Made by a program: the position numbers and the translations under genes. Source: Turneriella sp. (GTDB taxonomy: Bacteria; Spirochaetota; Leptospiria; Turneriellales; Turneriellaceae). Taken from it: a stretch of DNA of 64,000 nt. Below, piece after piece: positions 49,637 to 58,454 of the stretch. The DNA lies in the NCBI GenBank assembly GCA_965279515.1, contig CBDIID010000003.1, positions 2,848,001 through 2,912,000 of the forward strand. The letters run 5' to 3'. The notes under the pieces are model-generated. The model was not told the origin of the DNA and searched no databases. It was given only the letters and a program-made list of their open reading frames with translations. Within the stretch, counting starts at the first letter, position 1, and each line of letters begins with the position of its first letter.

Positions 49637-50800
49637 ATGAAGATTCATGAGTATCAGGGCAAAGAAATATTCCGCAAATACAAGATCGCCGTTCCCAACG
49701 GCATCGTCACAAACTCAGCCGACGAAGCAGCAGCGATTTATACAAAGCTCGGCAAGTCTGTAGCAGTTGTTAAGGCGCAAATCCATGCCGGTGGCCGCGG
49801 TAAGGGGGGCGGTGTTAAGCTGGCGAAATCAGCCGACGAAGCCAAGACGCATGCAAAAGCCATCCTTGGCATGATGCTCAAAACCCCGCAAACGGGTCCC
49901 GAAGGCCAGAAGGTCAATACGATTCTCGTTGAAGAAGGCTCTGACATTCTCAAAGAATATTATGTCGGGATCACCCTCGACCGCCGTATCTCGAAACCTG
50001 TGATGATGGTTTCGACGGAAGGTGGCATGGATATCGAAGAAGTGGCGCACCATTCTCCCGAGAAGATTCTGAAAGAAACCATTGAACCAGCGCTGGGCCT
50101 GCAACGTTTCCAGGCGTCGCGCCTCGCCTATGGCCTCGGCTTTGAAGGCGATATGGCAAAACAGGCGATCGCAATTCTCACAAACCTGTGGAATTGTTAT
50201 GATGGTGAGGATTGCTCCCTCATGGAAATTAATCCGCTGATCTCAACCAAAGACGGCAAGGTCATGGCGCTCGACGCGAAAGTGAACTTTGACGATAACG
50301 CGCAATACCGTCACCCCGATCAGGTGGGCCTGCGCGACGAAGCCGAAGAAGATGCGCTTGAAGTTGAAGCGTCGAAATACAACCTCAACTACGTGCGTCT
50401 CGACGGCGAAGTCGGCTGCATGGTGAACGGCGCTGGTCTCGCGATGGCGACGATGGATATCATCAAGTACGCAGGTTCATCCCCGGCGAACTTTCTCGAT
50501 GTCGGCGGCGGGGCGAATGTAACGACTGTCACCAACGGTTTTAAAATCATTCTCTCTGACCCGAATGTGAAAGCGATCTTTGTAAACATCTTCGGTGGCA
50601 TTGTCCGCTGCGATCGTATTGCGAACGGCATTATCGAAGCCGCGAAGAATGTGAAGATCACCGTGCCACTGGTTGTGCGCCTCGCGGGTACCAACGCTGA
50701 AGAAGCGAAGGAAATCCTCAAGAACAGCGGTATCCAACTCGATGTCGCCGACGGTCTCAAAGACGGCGCCGAGAAAGTCGTCAAAGCGATCAGAAAATAG
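49637..50800 (+). CDS. sucC: Succinyl-CoA ligase beta subunit
   Basis: [41 protein letters not shown]. Confidence 0.98.
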   Translation: MKIHEYQGKEIFRKYKIAVPNGIVTNSADEAAAIYTKLGKSVAVVKAQIHAGGRGKGGGVKLAKSADEAKTHAKAILGMMLKTPQTGPEGQKVNTILVEEGSDILKEYYVGITLDRRISKPVMMVSTEGGMDIEEVAHHSPEKILKETIEPALGLQRFQASRLAYGLGFEGDMAKQAIAILTNLWNCYDGEDCSLMEINPLISTKDGKVMALDAKVNFDDNAQYRHPDQVGLRDEAEEDALEVEASKYNLNYVRLDGEVGCMVNGAGLAMATMDIIKYAGSSPANFLDVGGGANVTTVTNGFKIILSDPNVKAIFVNIFGGIVRCDRIANGIIEAAKNVKITVPLVVRLAGTNAEEAKEILKNSGIQLDVADGLKDGAEKVVKAIRK

Positions 50801-50808
50801 GCAAAAAA

Positions 50809-51122
50809 ATGGACGTTTCCAGCCTGTTTGGATAACATTTGGTTGTGAGTGCGCTATTGTTCATTGGGATCGTTCTGTCTATTTCGTCCGGGCTTTATTT
50901 TATTAGTCTGGGCATTTCCCGGGTGATTAGCGATAACATAAAAAAAGAACTCGCAAAGTGACAGGTAGATTTGCTATTTTCCTTGGAACTTTGATTATAG
51001 CTACGCTTACAGCATTACTCTGGACTTTCAAGGAATATAGGCCGCTAGTTGATATACTTGTCTTTATTCTAGGCGTTACTGGCGGGCTCTTGGCCATAAT
51101 TCAGTTCTTTAAAGGAAAATGA
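50809..51122 (+). pseudogene. Disrupted small membrane-protein gene, or two coupled mini-ORFs
   Basis: Hydrophobic reading frames joined by one extra A in the A7 tract at 50940-50946; in-frame TAA at 50833. Confidence 0.5.
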
Positions 51123-51986
51123 TTGTCCCCCGAACTTTCCAGCTGGCTTTCCTCTGGCAGATACTTTGACTTTAAGGGTCGGGGTATCTTCGTCAAAGAG
51201 TCCAAGCCCTCCCGCAAAGACGCAATCCTGCTGATCCATGGCTTTCCCACCTCGTCGTGGGATTTCCTGCCGATTTGGGAAAAGCTTGCGAAAAAATACC
51301 GGCTCATTACCCTTGATATGCTGGGCTTCGGCTTTTCGGCAAAGCCGCAAAAGCATACCTACTCGATTATCGAGCAGGCAGATATCATCGAGGCCGTCCT
51401 CTTCAATTTAAAGATCCGCAAGTACCATATCTTAGCGCACGACTACGGCGTCTCCGTCGCACAAGAATTGCTGGCGCGGCAGGCGGGTCAGAAAAAGCCG
51501 GCGCTCTCGGTGTGTTTCCTCAATGGCGGGCTCTACCCTGAATTCCATAAGCCATTGCTGATTCAGAAATTGATGTTGGGGCCGCTGGGGCCCTTGCTCG
51601 CGCGTCTGTCTTCAAAAGGTAAACTGCGTTCATCGTTCAACGCGATCTTCGGTGAGAGAAAACCGAGCGTGGCCGAAATCGATCTGTTCTGGGAGCTGAT
51701 CCGCTACAACAAGGGCCGCCTTGTGATTCCAAAATTGCTGCGCTATATGACCGAGCGTCGTCTTTACCGTGAGCGTTGGGTGAACGCCATGGAGCAAACG
51801 AAAATCCCGGTGCAGATGATTAACGGGCCGCTCGACCCTATTTCGGGCGCGCACCTGGCCGAAGCCTTTGTGCTGCGAAACCCGAAAGCGCGCGTGGATT
51901 CACTCCCCGGCGTCGGGCACTATCCGCAGGTCGAGGCACCTGACCAGGTCGCGGCGCTCTACCTGGATTTTTTGAAGCGGGCATAA
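51123..51986 (+). CDS. Alpha/beta hydrolase (epoxide hydrolase/MEST-like)
   Basis: HGFPTSSWD, AHDYG, GHYPQVE. Confidence 0.9.
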   Translation: MSPELSSWLSSGRYFDFKGRGIFVKESKPSRKDAILLIHGFPTSSWDFLPIWEKLAKKYRLITLDMLGFGFSAKPQKHTYSIIEQADIIEAVLFNLKIRKYHILAHDYGVSVAQELLARQAGQKKPALSVCFLNGGLYPEFHKPLLIQKLMLGPLGPLLARLSSKGKLRSSFNAIFGERKPSVAEIDLFWELIRYNKGRLVIPKLLRYMTERRLYRERWVNAMEQTKIPVQMINGPLDPISGAHLAEAFVLRNPKARVDSLPGVGHYPQVEAPDQVAALYLDFLKRA

Positions 51987-52022
51987 CCTCGCCCCTTATA
52001 AGGGGAGGGCTGGGGTGGGGTT
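51987..52022. repeat. REP-like palindromic element
   Basis: CCCCTTATAAGGGGAGGGCTGGGGTGGGGTT between convergent genes. Confidence 0.8.
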
Positions 52023-52023
52023 G

Positions 52024-52692
52024 CTACTTAGCGTCTAATTCCTTAACTTCGGGAATTTTAGCGTTTTGGTACTTTTCCCCTTTCACCACACGGTGCATAT
52101 TCAGCAGGGTGTTGTAGGGAATATCCGTCGTCGTCGAATTGGCGATCGCATCCGGTATAGATCCGCCCGGTTCTGAATGCACCTGGTAGATGACCGTCAC
52201 GTAACCATTCTTATTCGGTATGAACTGCCAGAAGCCTTTCAGCGACGGCACGCGCACCTTACCGCTCTGTGGTGGTATTCTGTCGGGCATGCCTTTCAGG
52301 TAAATCGTGATAATCTTCGATTTGGGATCTTGCACGATTTTGGAATATGTTACCGTATCGCGGTCTGAAACCGGCCAGGGCGCGTGGATAACGGTATGCG
52401 TGATGCGCTCATAATAGTTCATTTTCTGGATCAGCTTGGCATAGTTGACCTCGTGCAGCCACTGTGTATAGGCGTCGGTATCGTCCATGAGTGCGACAAG
52501 GCTGGTCAGCGAGGTCTTGATCGAGGTGACGCCCTTGAACTCCTTCAGGGCAGAGCCTTCGATTTTACGGGTAAAGACTTTGACGCCGTTCTTTTCTTTC
52601 TCAACGGCGAAATCGGGCTTCGCGTCGGCGTAGATAAGGCCCAGGCAGATGACCGCAATACATGTGACATAACGCATTAGGTGTTTTCTCAT
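52024..52692 (-). CDS. Secreted START-domain protein (paralogue of 25149)
   Basis: PWPVSDRD, HSEPGGSIP, IPYNTL. Confidence 0.85.
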   Translation of the reverse strand: MRKHLMRYVTCIAVICLGLIYADAKPDFAVEKEKNGVKVFTRKIEGSALKEFKGVTSIKTSLTSLVALMDDTDAYTQWLHEVNYAKLIQKMNYYERITHTVIHAPWPVSDRDTVTYSKIVQDPKSKIITIYLKGMPDRIPPQSGKVRVPSLKGFWQFIPNKNGYVTVIYQVHSEPGGSIPDAIANSTTTDIPYNTLLNMHRVVKGEKYQNAKIPEVKELDAK

Positions 52693-52827
52693 GCCGTAAC
52701 CTCGCTTTGCGATACGGGGCGTCAAATGCCTTGCGCCAAAATGCCAAAACCTTGACGACCTGTCTAAAAAGCCTACTACAACCGGTCGGTACCCAAAGGG
52801 GCCGGCGTGTTAAACTACGGAGGTTTA

Positions 52828-53061
52828 GTGCAGAAACTCGCAGATATTTCGCAGCATTTTTCAAACGGTATTGAAGTGCGCGACAACGAGCCCGTCGAGG
52901 GCGCCATTAAGAAATTCAAGCGTGAAGTCGCCAACTCAGGCATTCTTACAGAGCTCAAAAAACGTGAATATTTTGAAAAGCCCAGCGTGATCAAAAAACG
53001 CGAACGCGATCAGGCGGAGCGCAAGCGTTTCCGCAAAAGAAACATTTACCACGAAGCCTAA
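52828..53061 (+). CDS. rpsU: 30S ribosomal protein S21
   Basis: AIKKFKR, KKREYFEKPS; GGAGG before GTG at 52828. Confidence 0.93.
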   Translation: MQKLADISQHFSNGIEVRDNEPVEGAIKKFKREVANSGILTELKKREYFEKPSVIKKRERDQAERKRFRKRNIYHEA

Positions 53062-53071
53062 GGATAATCTA

Positions 53072-53090
53072 AAGGGGGCGGCGCCCCCTT
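53072..53090 (+). terminator. Hairpin between rpsU and dnaG
   Basis: AAGGGGGCG-G-CGCCCCCTT. Confidence 0.5.
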
Positions 53091-53103
53091 AACAACCCCC
53101 GCT

Positions 53104-54942
53104 GTGAATGACGCAGACAAAGTAATCGCAGCGATCCCCATTGAAAATTATGTCGGTCGGTTTGTAGCCCTAAAAAGAAAAGGCAACAACCTATGGGGCC
53201 TCTGTCCCTTCCACGGCGAAAAAACTCCCTCGTTCTCGGTCTCTCCGCAAAAAGGCATCTACAAATGTTTCGGCTGCGGCGTCGGCGGCAACGTCATCAC
53301 GTTCGCGAAGGAATTCAACAAACTTTCTTTTCCCGAAGCATTGAAGCTGCTCGCCGAATTTGCCGGCATTGAACTTGTCCACCAGCCGCGCCGGCCCGGC
53401 GAAGACGACCGCAAAAAAGCACTCATCGAGCTGCATCTCTGGGCACACAAACTCTACCAAAGCTGTTACGCCAATTCCGACGCCGATAAATATGCGGCCT
53501 CAAGGGGGATAGCCCCCGCGTCTGTTCAGGCGTTTGAATTAGGTTATGCTCCCGACACACAGCGCTTTCTCGAAACGAAACTGAATGAGCGTTACCGCAA
53601 TGAACCTGATCTTTTATCGAAGGCGATTGAGAATCTCACCGTGATTGGCCTCACCGGCCGAAACGACCACGACACCTATAACCGTTTCCGCGACCGCTGG
53701 ATTTTCCCGATCAAAGATCTGCGCGGGCAGGTGGTAGCCTTTGGCGGCCGCCTTGTGCGGGAAAAAGAAAACGCGGGCAAGTATGTCAATTCGCCCGAGA
53801 CGCCGCTCTTTAACAAAGGCAACTCCGTCTATCGCCTCGGCGAAGCCTCGCAGGCCATTCGCCGCGAAGGTTTTGTGATTGTTTGCGAAGGTTATCTCGA
53901 TGTCTTAGGGTTATTCGAAGCGGGCTTCGAAAACGCCGTCGCGCCGCTGGGTACGGCATTCACTTCGGAGCAGGCAAAGCAGGTGAAACGTTTCACCGAC
54001 AACGTCGTGTTTTTCCTGGATAACGACAATGCCGGCACCGAAGCCGTTTTCAAATCACTGCGCATCGCGCGTAAGGCCAACCTCGCCGTCAAAGTCGTAC
54101 ATCCGCTGGCTGCCGGCGACAAGCAGGATCCCTTTGATCTCAGCCGCAAAATGTCGCCCGAAGACATGCGCACGCTCGTGCGCGATGCGCATAGCGAGGT
54201 GAAGTTCTTAGCCTGGTACCATTTCAGCTTCAAACACAATGTTTCCGATCTTTCGCAAAAGAAACAGGCGCTGGTCGAGTTCTATGATTATGTGCGCATT
54301 CTCGAAACTGAGCTCGAACGCGATGAATTCCTGAAGACAGCTGCCGCTGTTTTGCAGGTCGACGTGCAGATTCTGCGTAAAGATTTCCAGACGCCCAGCC
54401 AGGGTGGTAAGTCCACAGGCGCATGGGTGCAGCCAGTTGAGGCCAGGGAGCAGGCGCAAAAGCCCGCCGTAAAACTGAAGCCGGTCAGCAAACAAGAGAA
54501 AGAGATTATCGCCCTGATCCTCAAATTCCCGGAGCTGGGTGAAGAGTCGATGCTGCTCAGCGAAATTCCCTGGGAAAACGAAAATGCTTACCTCTTGTAT
54601 TCCTTCTTCCATGATCGTTTGAAATCCGGCGAGGCCTATAGCTGGGATAACCTCAGCTCGGCGATGCAGTTCTTGCCCGAAAAGCTGTCAGCGCTCTTGG
54701 CTGAAATCATGATGGACTATGAGGAGGCCTTTGGCCCGACTGTGGAGTTAAGCCTCACCGACGCCAAACGCCATATCAGCCACCTGGTGCGCACGCTCGC
54801 GGTGCAGGCGCTCGATCTCCGTATACACGACCGCCAGAAAGAAATTGCGCGGGTCGACAAGACGGGCGGCGATGTGGAAGAGCTGATGCTCGAGCAACAG
54901 CAAGACCTCGATAAACGCATGCAGTGGATGAGAATTAAGTAA
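53104..54942 (+). CDS. dnaG: DNA primase
   Basis: CPFHGEKTPSF..CFGC zinc finger, KYVNSPET, EGYLDV, DND TOPRIM. Confidence 0.97.
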   Translation: MNDADKVIAAIPIENYVGRFVALKRKGNNLWGLCPFHGEKTPSFSVSPQKGIYKCFGCGVGGNVITFAKEFNKLSFPEALKLLAEFAGIELVHQPRRPGEDDRKKALIELHLWAHKLYQSCYANSDADKYAASRGIAPASVQAFELGYAPDTQRFLETKLNERYRNEPDLLSKAIENLTVIGLTGRNDHDTYNRFRDRWIFPIKDLRGQVVAFGGRLVREKENAGKYVNSPETPLFNKGNSVYRLGEASQAIRREGFVIVCEGYLDVLGLFEAGFENAVAPLGTAFTSEQAKQVKRFTDNVVFFLDNDNAGTEAVFKSLRIARKANLAVKVVHPLAAGDKQDPFDLSRKMSPEDMRTLVRDAHSEVKFLAWYHFSFKHNVSDLSQKKQALVEFYDYVRILETELERDEFLKTAAAVLQVDVQILRKDFQTPSQGGKSTGAWVQPVEAREQAQKPAVKLKPVSKQEKEIIALILKFPELGEESMLLSEIPWENENAYLLYSFFHDRLKSGEAYSWDNLSSAMQFLPEKLSALLAEIMMDYEEAFGPTVELSLTDAKRHISHLVRTLAVQALDLRIHDRQKEIARVDKTGGDVEELMLEQQQDLDKRMQWMRIK

Positions 54943-55025
54943 CCCTCACCCCCAGCCCCTCTCCCTTATAGGGAGAGGGGGACACCTAACACCCTCCCCT
55001 ATAAGGGGAGGGCTGGGGTGGGGTT
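54941..55025. repeat. Inverted doublet of REP-like elements
   Basis: 54941-54980 (inverted copy) and 54992-55025 (direct copy) separated by 11 nt. Confidence 0.85.
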
Positions 55026-55065
55026 TTAGACTTGCAACCATTTGTGAATCTTCATAACCGGATGG

Positions 55066-56031
55066 ATGCCAGTTAAATGCCTCATCCCCGCCGCCGGCAA
55101 GGGGACACGCATGCGTCCCCTGACGCACACCCTGCCCAAGGCGATGCTACCCGTGGCCGGCAAGCCTACTATTTTCCACATCATTGATCGCGCGGCGCAG
55201 GCCGGTGTGAAAGATTTCGTGATTATTACCGGTTACCTGCGCGAGCTTATGGAGAGCGAGATTCTCGCAGCCTACCCCAACCTCAAAATCGAATTCGTCG
55301 AACAAAAAGAGCAGGCTGGTCTTGGCCACGCGATCTACATGGCGCAGCACAAGTTCAGCGCGGATGATGCAATGCTACTCATCTACGGTGACACTCTTTT
55401 TGAGGGCGATATCGAAACGATGATGAAGAGCAAAGACCCGGTGATCGGTGTTTTCGAAGTCGAAGATCCCCGGCGTTTTGGCGTCATTGAAATGGGCGAA
55501 GGCAAAGCGATCAAAAGCCTTGTCGAAAAACCGGAAAAGTTTGTCTCAAACCTGGCTATCCCCGGCGTGAATTATTTCCCAAGCTCGGCGGAACTTTTCG
55601 CCTCGCTCGACCATCTCGTGAAGAATGATATCCGCACGAAGAACGAATACCAGGCGACGGATGCCTTCCAACACATGCTGAAGGATAAGAAGATTACCTT
55701 TGTGTGGCAGCAGCTCACGGCATGGGATGACGCCGGTACCCTCGAGGCGATTCTGGATACCAATAAGATTATTCTCGGCCGCCGGGGCGCGGGCAAAACT
55801 TTTGCCGTTGCGGCCGATGCCAAAGTTGCTGGTTCTAAGATCGAAGAATTCGCCAGTATTTCCGAAGGTGCGCAGGTCGAAAATTCGACCCTAAAGAACT
55901 GCATCGTCGACCGCGGAGCGATTATCAAAAACTCGAAGCTGGAAAACTCGCTCATTGGCCGCAATGCCGTAATCCAGAATGTTTCCGGCACCATCATCGT
56001 CGGCGACGATACCCAGATCAAAGCGACTTGA
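55066..56031 (+). CDS. Sugar-phosphate nucleotidyltransferase (glucose-1-P thymidylyltransferase-like)
   Basis: PAAGKGTRMRPLT...PKAML, VEKP, hexapeptide-like C-terminus. Confidence 0.9.
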   Translation: MPVKCLIPAAGKGTRMRPLTHTLPKAMLPVAGKPTIFHIIDRAAQAGVKDFVIITGYLRELMESEILAAYPNLKIEFVEQKEQAGLGHAIYMAQHKFSADDAMLLIYGDTLFEGDIETMMKSKDPVIGVFEVEDPRRFGVIEMGEGKAIKSLVEKPEKFVSNLAIPGVNYFPSSAELFASLDHLVKNDIRTKNEYQATDAFQHMLKDKKITFVWQQLTAWDDAGTLEAILDTNKIILGRRGAGKTFAVAADAKVAGSKIEEFASISEGAQVENSTLKNCIVDRGAIIKNSKLENSLIGRNAVIQNVSGTIIVGDDTQIKAT

Positions 56032-57305
56032 AAAGCGTTCAAGTCAAAGAACCTTATCTCTCGATTTGCCGTTTTATCGAAGAGACGCTGGCAAAGCATG
56101 GCTATGAAGCCTGGCTTGTCGGCGGCAGCGTGCGCGACCTTCTGATTGAGGGCAATCTTTCTGACCTCGATTACACTACGAACGCCCTGCCCGAAAAGGT
56201 GCAAAAGATTTTCCCGCGCACCGTGCCAGTTGGCATCAAATTCGGCACAATTTTAGTCCTCCACAAAGGCCAGAAGGTAGAGGTGACGACCTACCGCGCC
56301 GATGCCGACTATGAGGATGGTCGCCGTCCCAATAAGGTTGAATATGCACAGGATCTCGCGACCGATATCAAGCGCCGTGATTTTACCGTGAACGGCCTCG
56401 CATTCTCCGTGACAAAGAACGAACTGAAAGATCACTGCGGCGGTGTCGCTGACCTGGAAGAGAAACTCCTGCGCACGATTGGCGATCCCGTGGCGCGCTT
56501 TACCGAAGACGGCCTGAGGCCCATTCGTGGTTGCCGCATCGCCGCGAAACTGGGGTTTCATATTGAAGCTGAAACACGGGCGGCGATGCTGAAGTGTGTG
56601 GCCGTAACGGCGAGGGTTGCGCCTGAGCGTTTTTACGACGAGTGGCGCAAAACGCTGAAGCTAAGACACAAGCGCGCCTTCTGGCAGAACCTGCTCGAGG
56701 CGGGCATCATCGGCGCCTTCTTGCCCGATATCGCTTCGGTATTCGATAAAGAACACAGCGCGGTGCTGTTGCGTGAACTGGATGGCCTGAAACTACGGTC
56801 GATGGCCTCGTACGCCGCTTCGTTATTTTATCTGCTCGGCGTTCGCGATAAAGAAACGGCGAAAAAAACCCTGCTCGATACGAAATTTCCCACGGCTGAG
56901 ATGAGGCTTTGCCTTAGCATGCTGAATACGCCGCTGCTCGCCATGGCCGCAGAACCGGACCGGCAGACGCTGAAGAACCATCTCGCCCAGATTCCCCGCC
57001 GTGAGCGCAGCGCACATATGCGTTTTTTCCTCGATATGGGCGCCGCGGCAATGCGCACGAAGGCTTTTCCTGAAGGTACCATTGCTGCGTTCCGCGAGAA
57101 AACAGGCGCGCACTACATCTCCATTCTCCGATCGCGCGAGCCGATGGACGTGGGCGACCTCGCGGTCAACGGTTTGGATATTCAGGCTCTGGGCATTCAA
57201 GGTCGCGCCGTGGGTGAAACTTTGGAAAGACTACGCGCGTTGGTCGTCGCGGACCCCGCGGCAAACGGAAAGGCAAATCTCTTGAAGCTCGCTATGTCTC
57301 CCTAA
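56028..57305 (+). CDS. cca: CCA tRNA nucleotidyltransferase / poly(A) polymerase family
   Basis: VGGSVRD, DLDY, RRDFTVN, EDGLR. Confidence 0.9.
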   Translation: MKSVQVKEPYLSICRFIEETLAKHGYEAWLVGGSVRDLLIEGNLSDLDYTTNALPEKVQKIFPRTVPVGIKFGTILVLHKGQKVEVTTYRADADYEDGRRPNKVEYAQDLATDIKRRDFTVNGLAFSVTKNELKDHCGGVADLEEKLLRTIGDPVARFTEDGLRPIRGCRIAAKLGFHIEAETRAAMLKCVAVTARVAPERFYDEWRKTLKLRHKRAFWQNLLEAGIIGAFLPDIASVFDKEHSAVLLRELDGLKLRSMASYAASLFYLLGVRDKETAKKTLLDTKFPTAEMRLCLSMLNTPLLAMAAEPDRQTLKNHLAQIPRRERSAHMRFFLDMGAAAMRTKAFPEGTIAAFREKTGAHYISILRSREPMDVGDLAVNGLDIQALGIQGRAVGETLERLRALVVADPAANGKANLLKLAMSP

Positions 57306-57314
57306 AACCCGAAA

Positions 57315-57911
57315 ATGCCGGCATTGCGGTATCTGCTATTCAGCTCTGAAAGCGAGAGTTCCTACACCTTCACTGCCGAGGCAAACTCGTTACCTCTTCC
57401 CGCTGACGCGACTCTTGTCTGGCAGGTAGATGCCGACTCCTGGGAAATCGCCTGCATGAAGAAACACGAATTTCTTGGCTGGGAACCTTACAAACCCATG
57501 ATTATAGGAGACGCTGATCTCTTGGCCTTTCTTCCGCGACACAAGCATGACCTGGATAACTTTCAGTTATTGAAAAATATTGGATATCCAGTAATCAGGC
57601 CTATACTGCCACAGCTCTTTACATGGATTCAGGATATGAACTGGCCGGTCGCCGGTCCCGTCGCAGCATTTCTTGCATCGCTCGGCCCGGTTGTCCTCAC
57701 ATCTGTGTCGGAAATTCTTAACTCCAACGATGGTATGTGGAAGTACTGGGTACTGACCGCAGTTTTGGGCCAGATGGCGCAGAACGAGGCGAGAATATTT
57801 ATTCCCTTACTCGAAGATTTGCTTGCGCACCTCTCCGATGATGATCAGGAATGCGAAGTGGATGTTGTGGCCCGGGAGCTTATGCATAAACTCAGCCCCG
57901 GGCCCGGCTGA
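57315..57911 (+). CDS. DUF5071-like protein with an extra N-terminal module
   Basis: LPRHKHD, WIQDMNWPVA, WKYWVL. Confidence 0.7.
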   Translation: MPALRYLLFSSESESSYTFTAEANSLPLPADATLVWQVDADSWEIACMKKHEFLGWEPYKPMIIGDADLLAFLPRHKHDLDNFQLLKNIGYPVIRPILPQLFTWIQDMNWPVAGPVAAFLASLGPVVLTSVSEILNSNDGMWKYWVLTAVLGQMAQNEARIFIPLLEDLLAHLSDDDQECEVDVVARELMHKLSPGPG

Positions 57912-58433
57912 TTATTTTTCGAAATCTTTGTAAATCAGGCTTGGTTGAATGCCGGTATTGCCCTGGTATTTACCGCTCTTGTATTCCGTAAACTCGCCTT
58001 CGACCGTATGGTAGAAAATCTGGCAAATCTGTACTCCGGCGTAAATCCGCACGGGTTGGATGGATGAAATTTCGAGCGTCCAAAATCCCTTAAAACCAAT
58101 ATCTCCGAACCCTGCTGTAATATGCACGAAGAGACCGAGCCGACCGACGCTGCTGCGGCCTTCGAGCATCGGCACTAGATTCTTCGTCTCGGTTAGCTCA
58201 CGCGTCCGGCCGAGGTAGAGGCGACCGGGCTCGATCACAAATCCTTCCGCGGGAATTTTGAGCAGCTGCGTTTCATTCGGCTTCTTCATGTCGAGCAAGC
58301 TCTCTTTGTAAACGAGCAGCTCGTCATGCAAGGTCAGGTTATACGAATTGGGATTTAAATATTTCTCATCGTAGGGTTCGATAATAATATCTTTCCCCAG
58401 GCGTTTCTTGATCTCAATTCCCGAAAGAATCAT
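57912..58433 (-). CDS. dcd: dCTP deaminase
   Basis: NPNSYNL, EGRSSVGRLG, GFKGFWTLE, KYQG. Confidence 0.95.
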   Translation of the reverse strand: MILSGIEIKKRLGKDIIIEPYDEKYLNPNSYNLTLHDELLVYKESLLDMKKPNETQLLKIPAEGFVIEPGRLYLGRTRELTETKNLVPMLEGRSSVGRLGLFVHITAGFGDIGFKGFWTLEISSIQPVRIYAGVQICQIFYHTVEGEFTEYKSGKYQGNTGIQPSLIYKDFEK

Positions 58434-58454
58434 AACGGCTCCTTTTCGTTTTGT

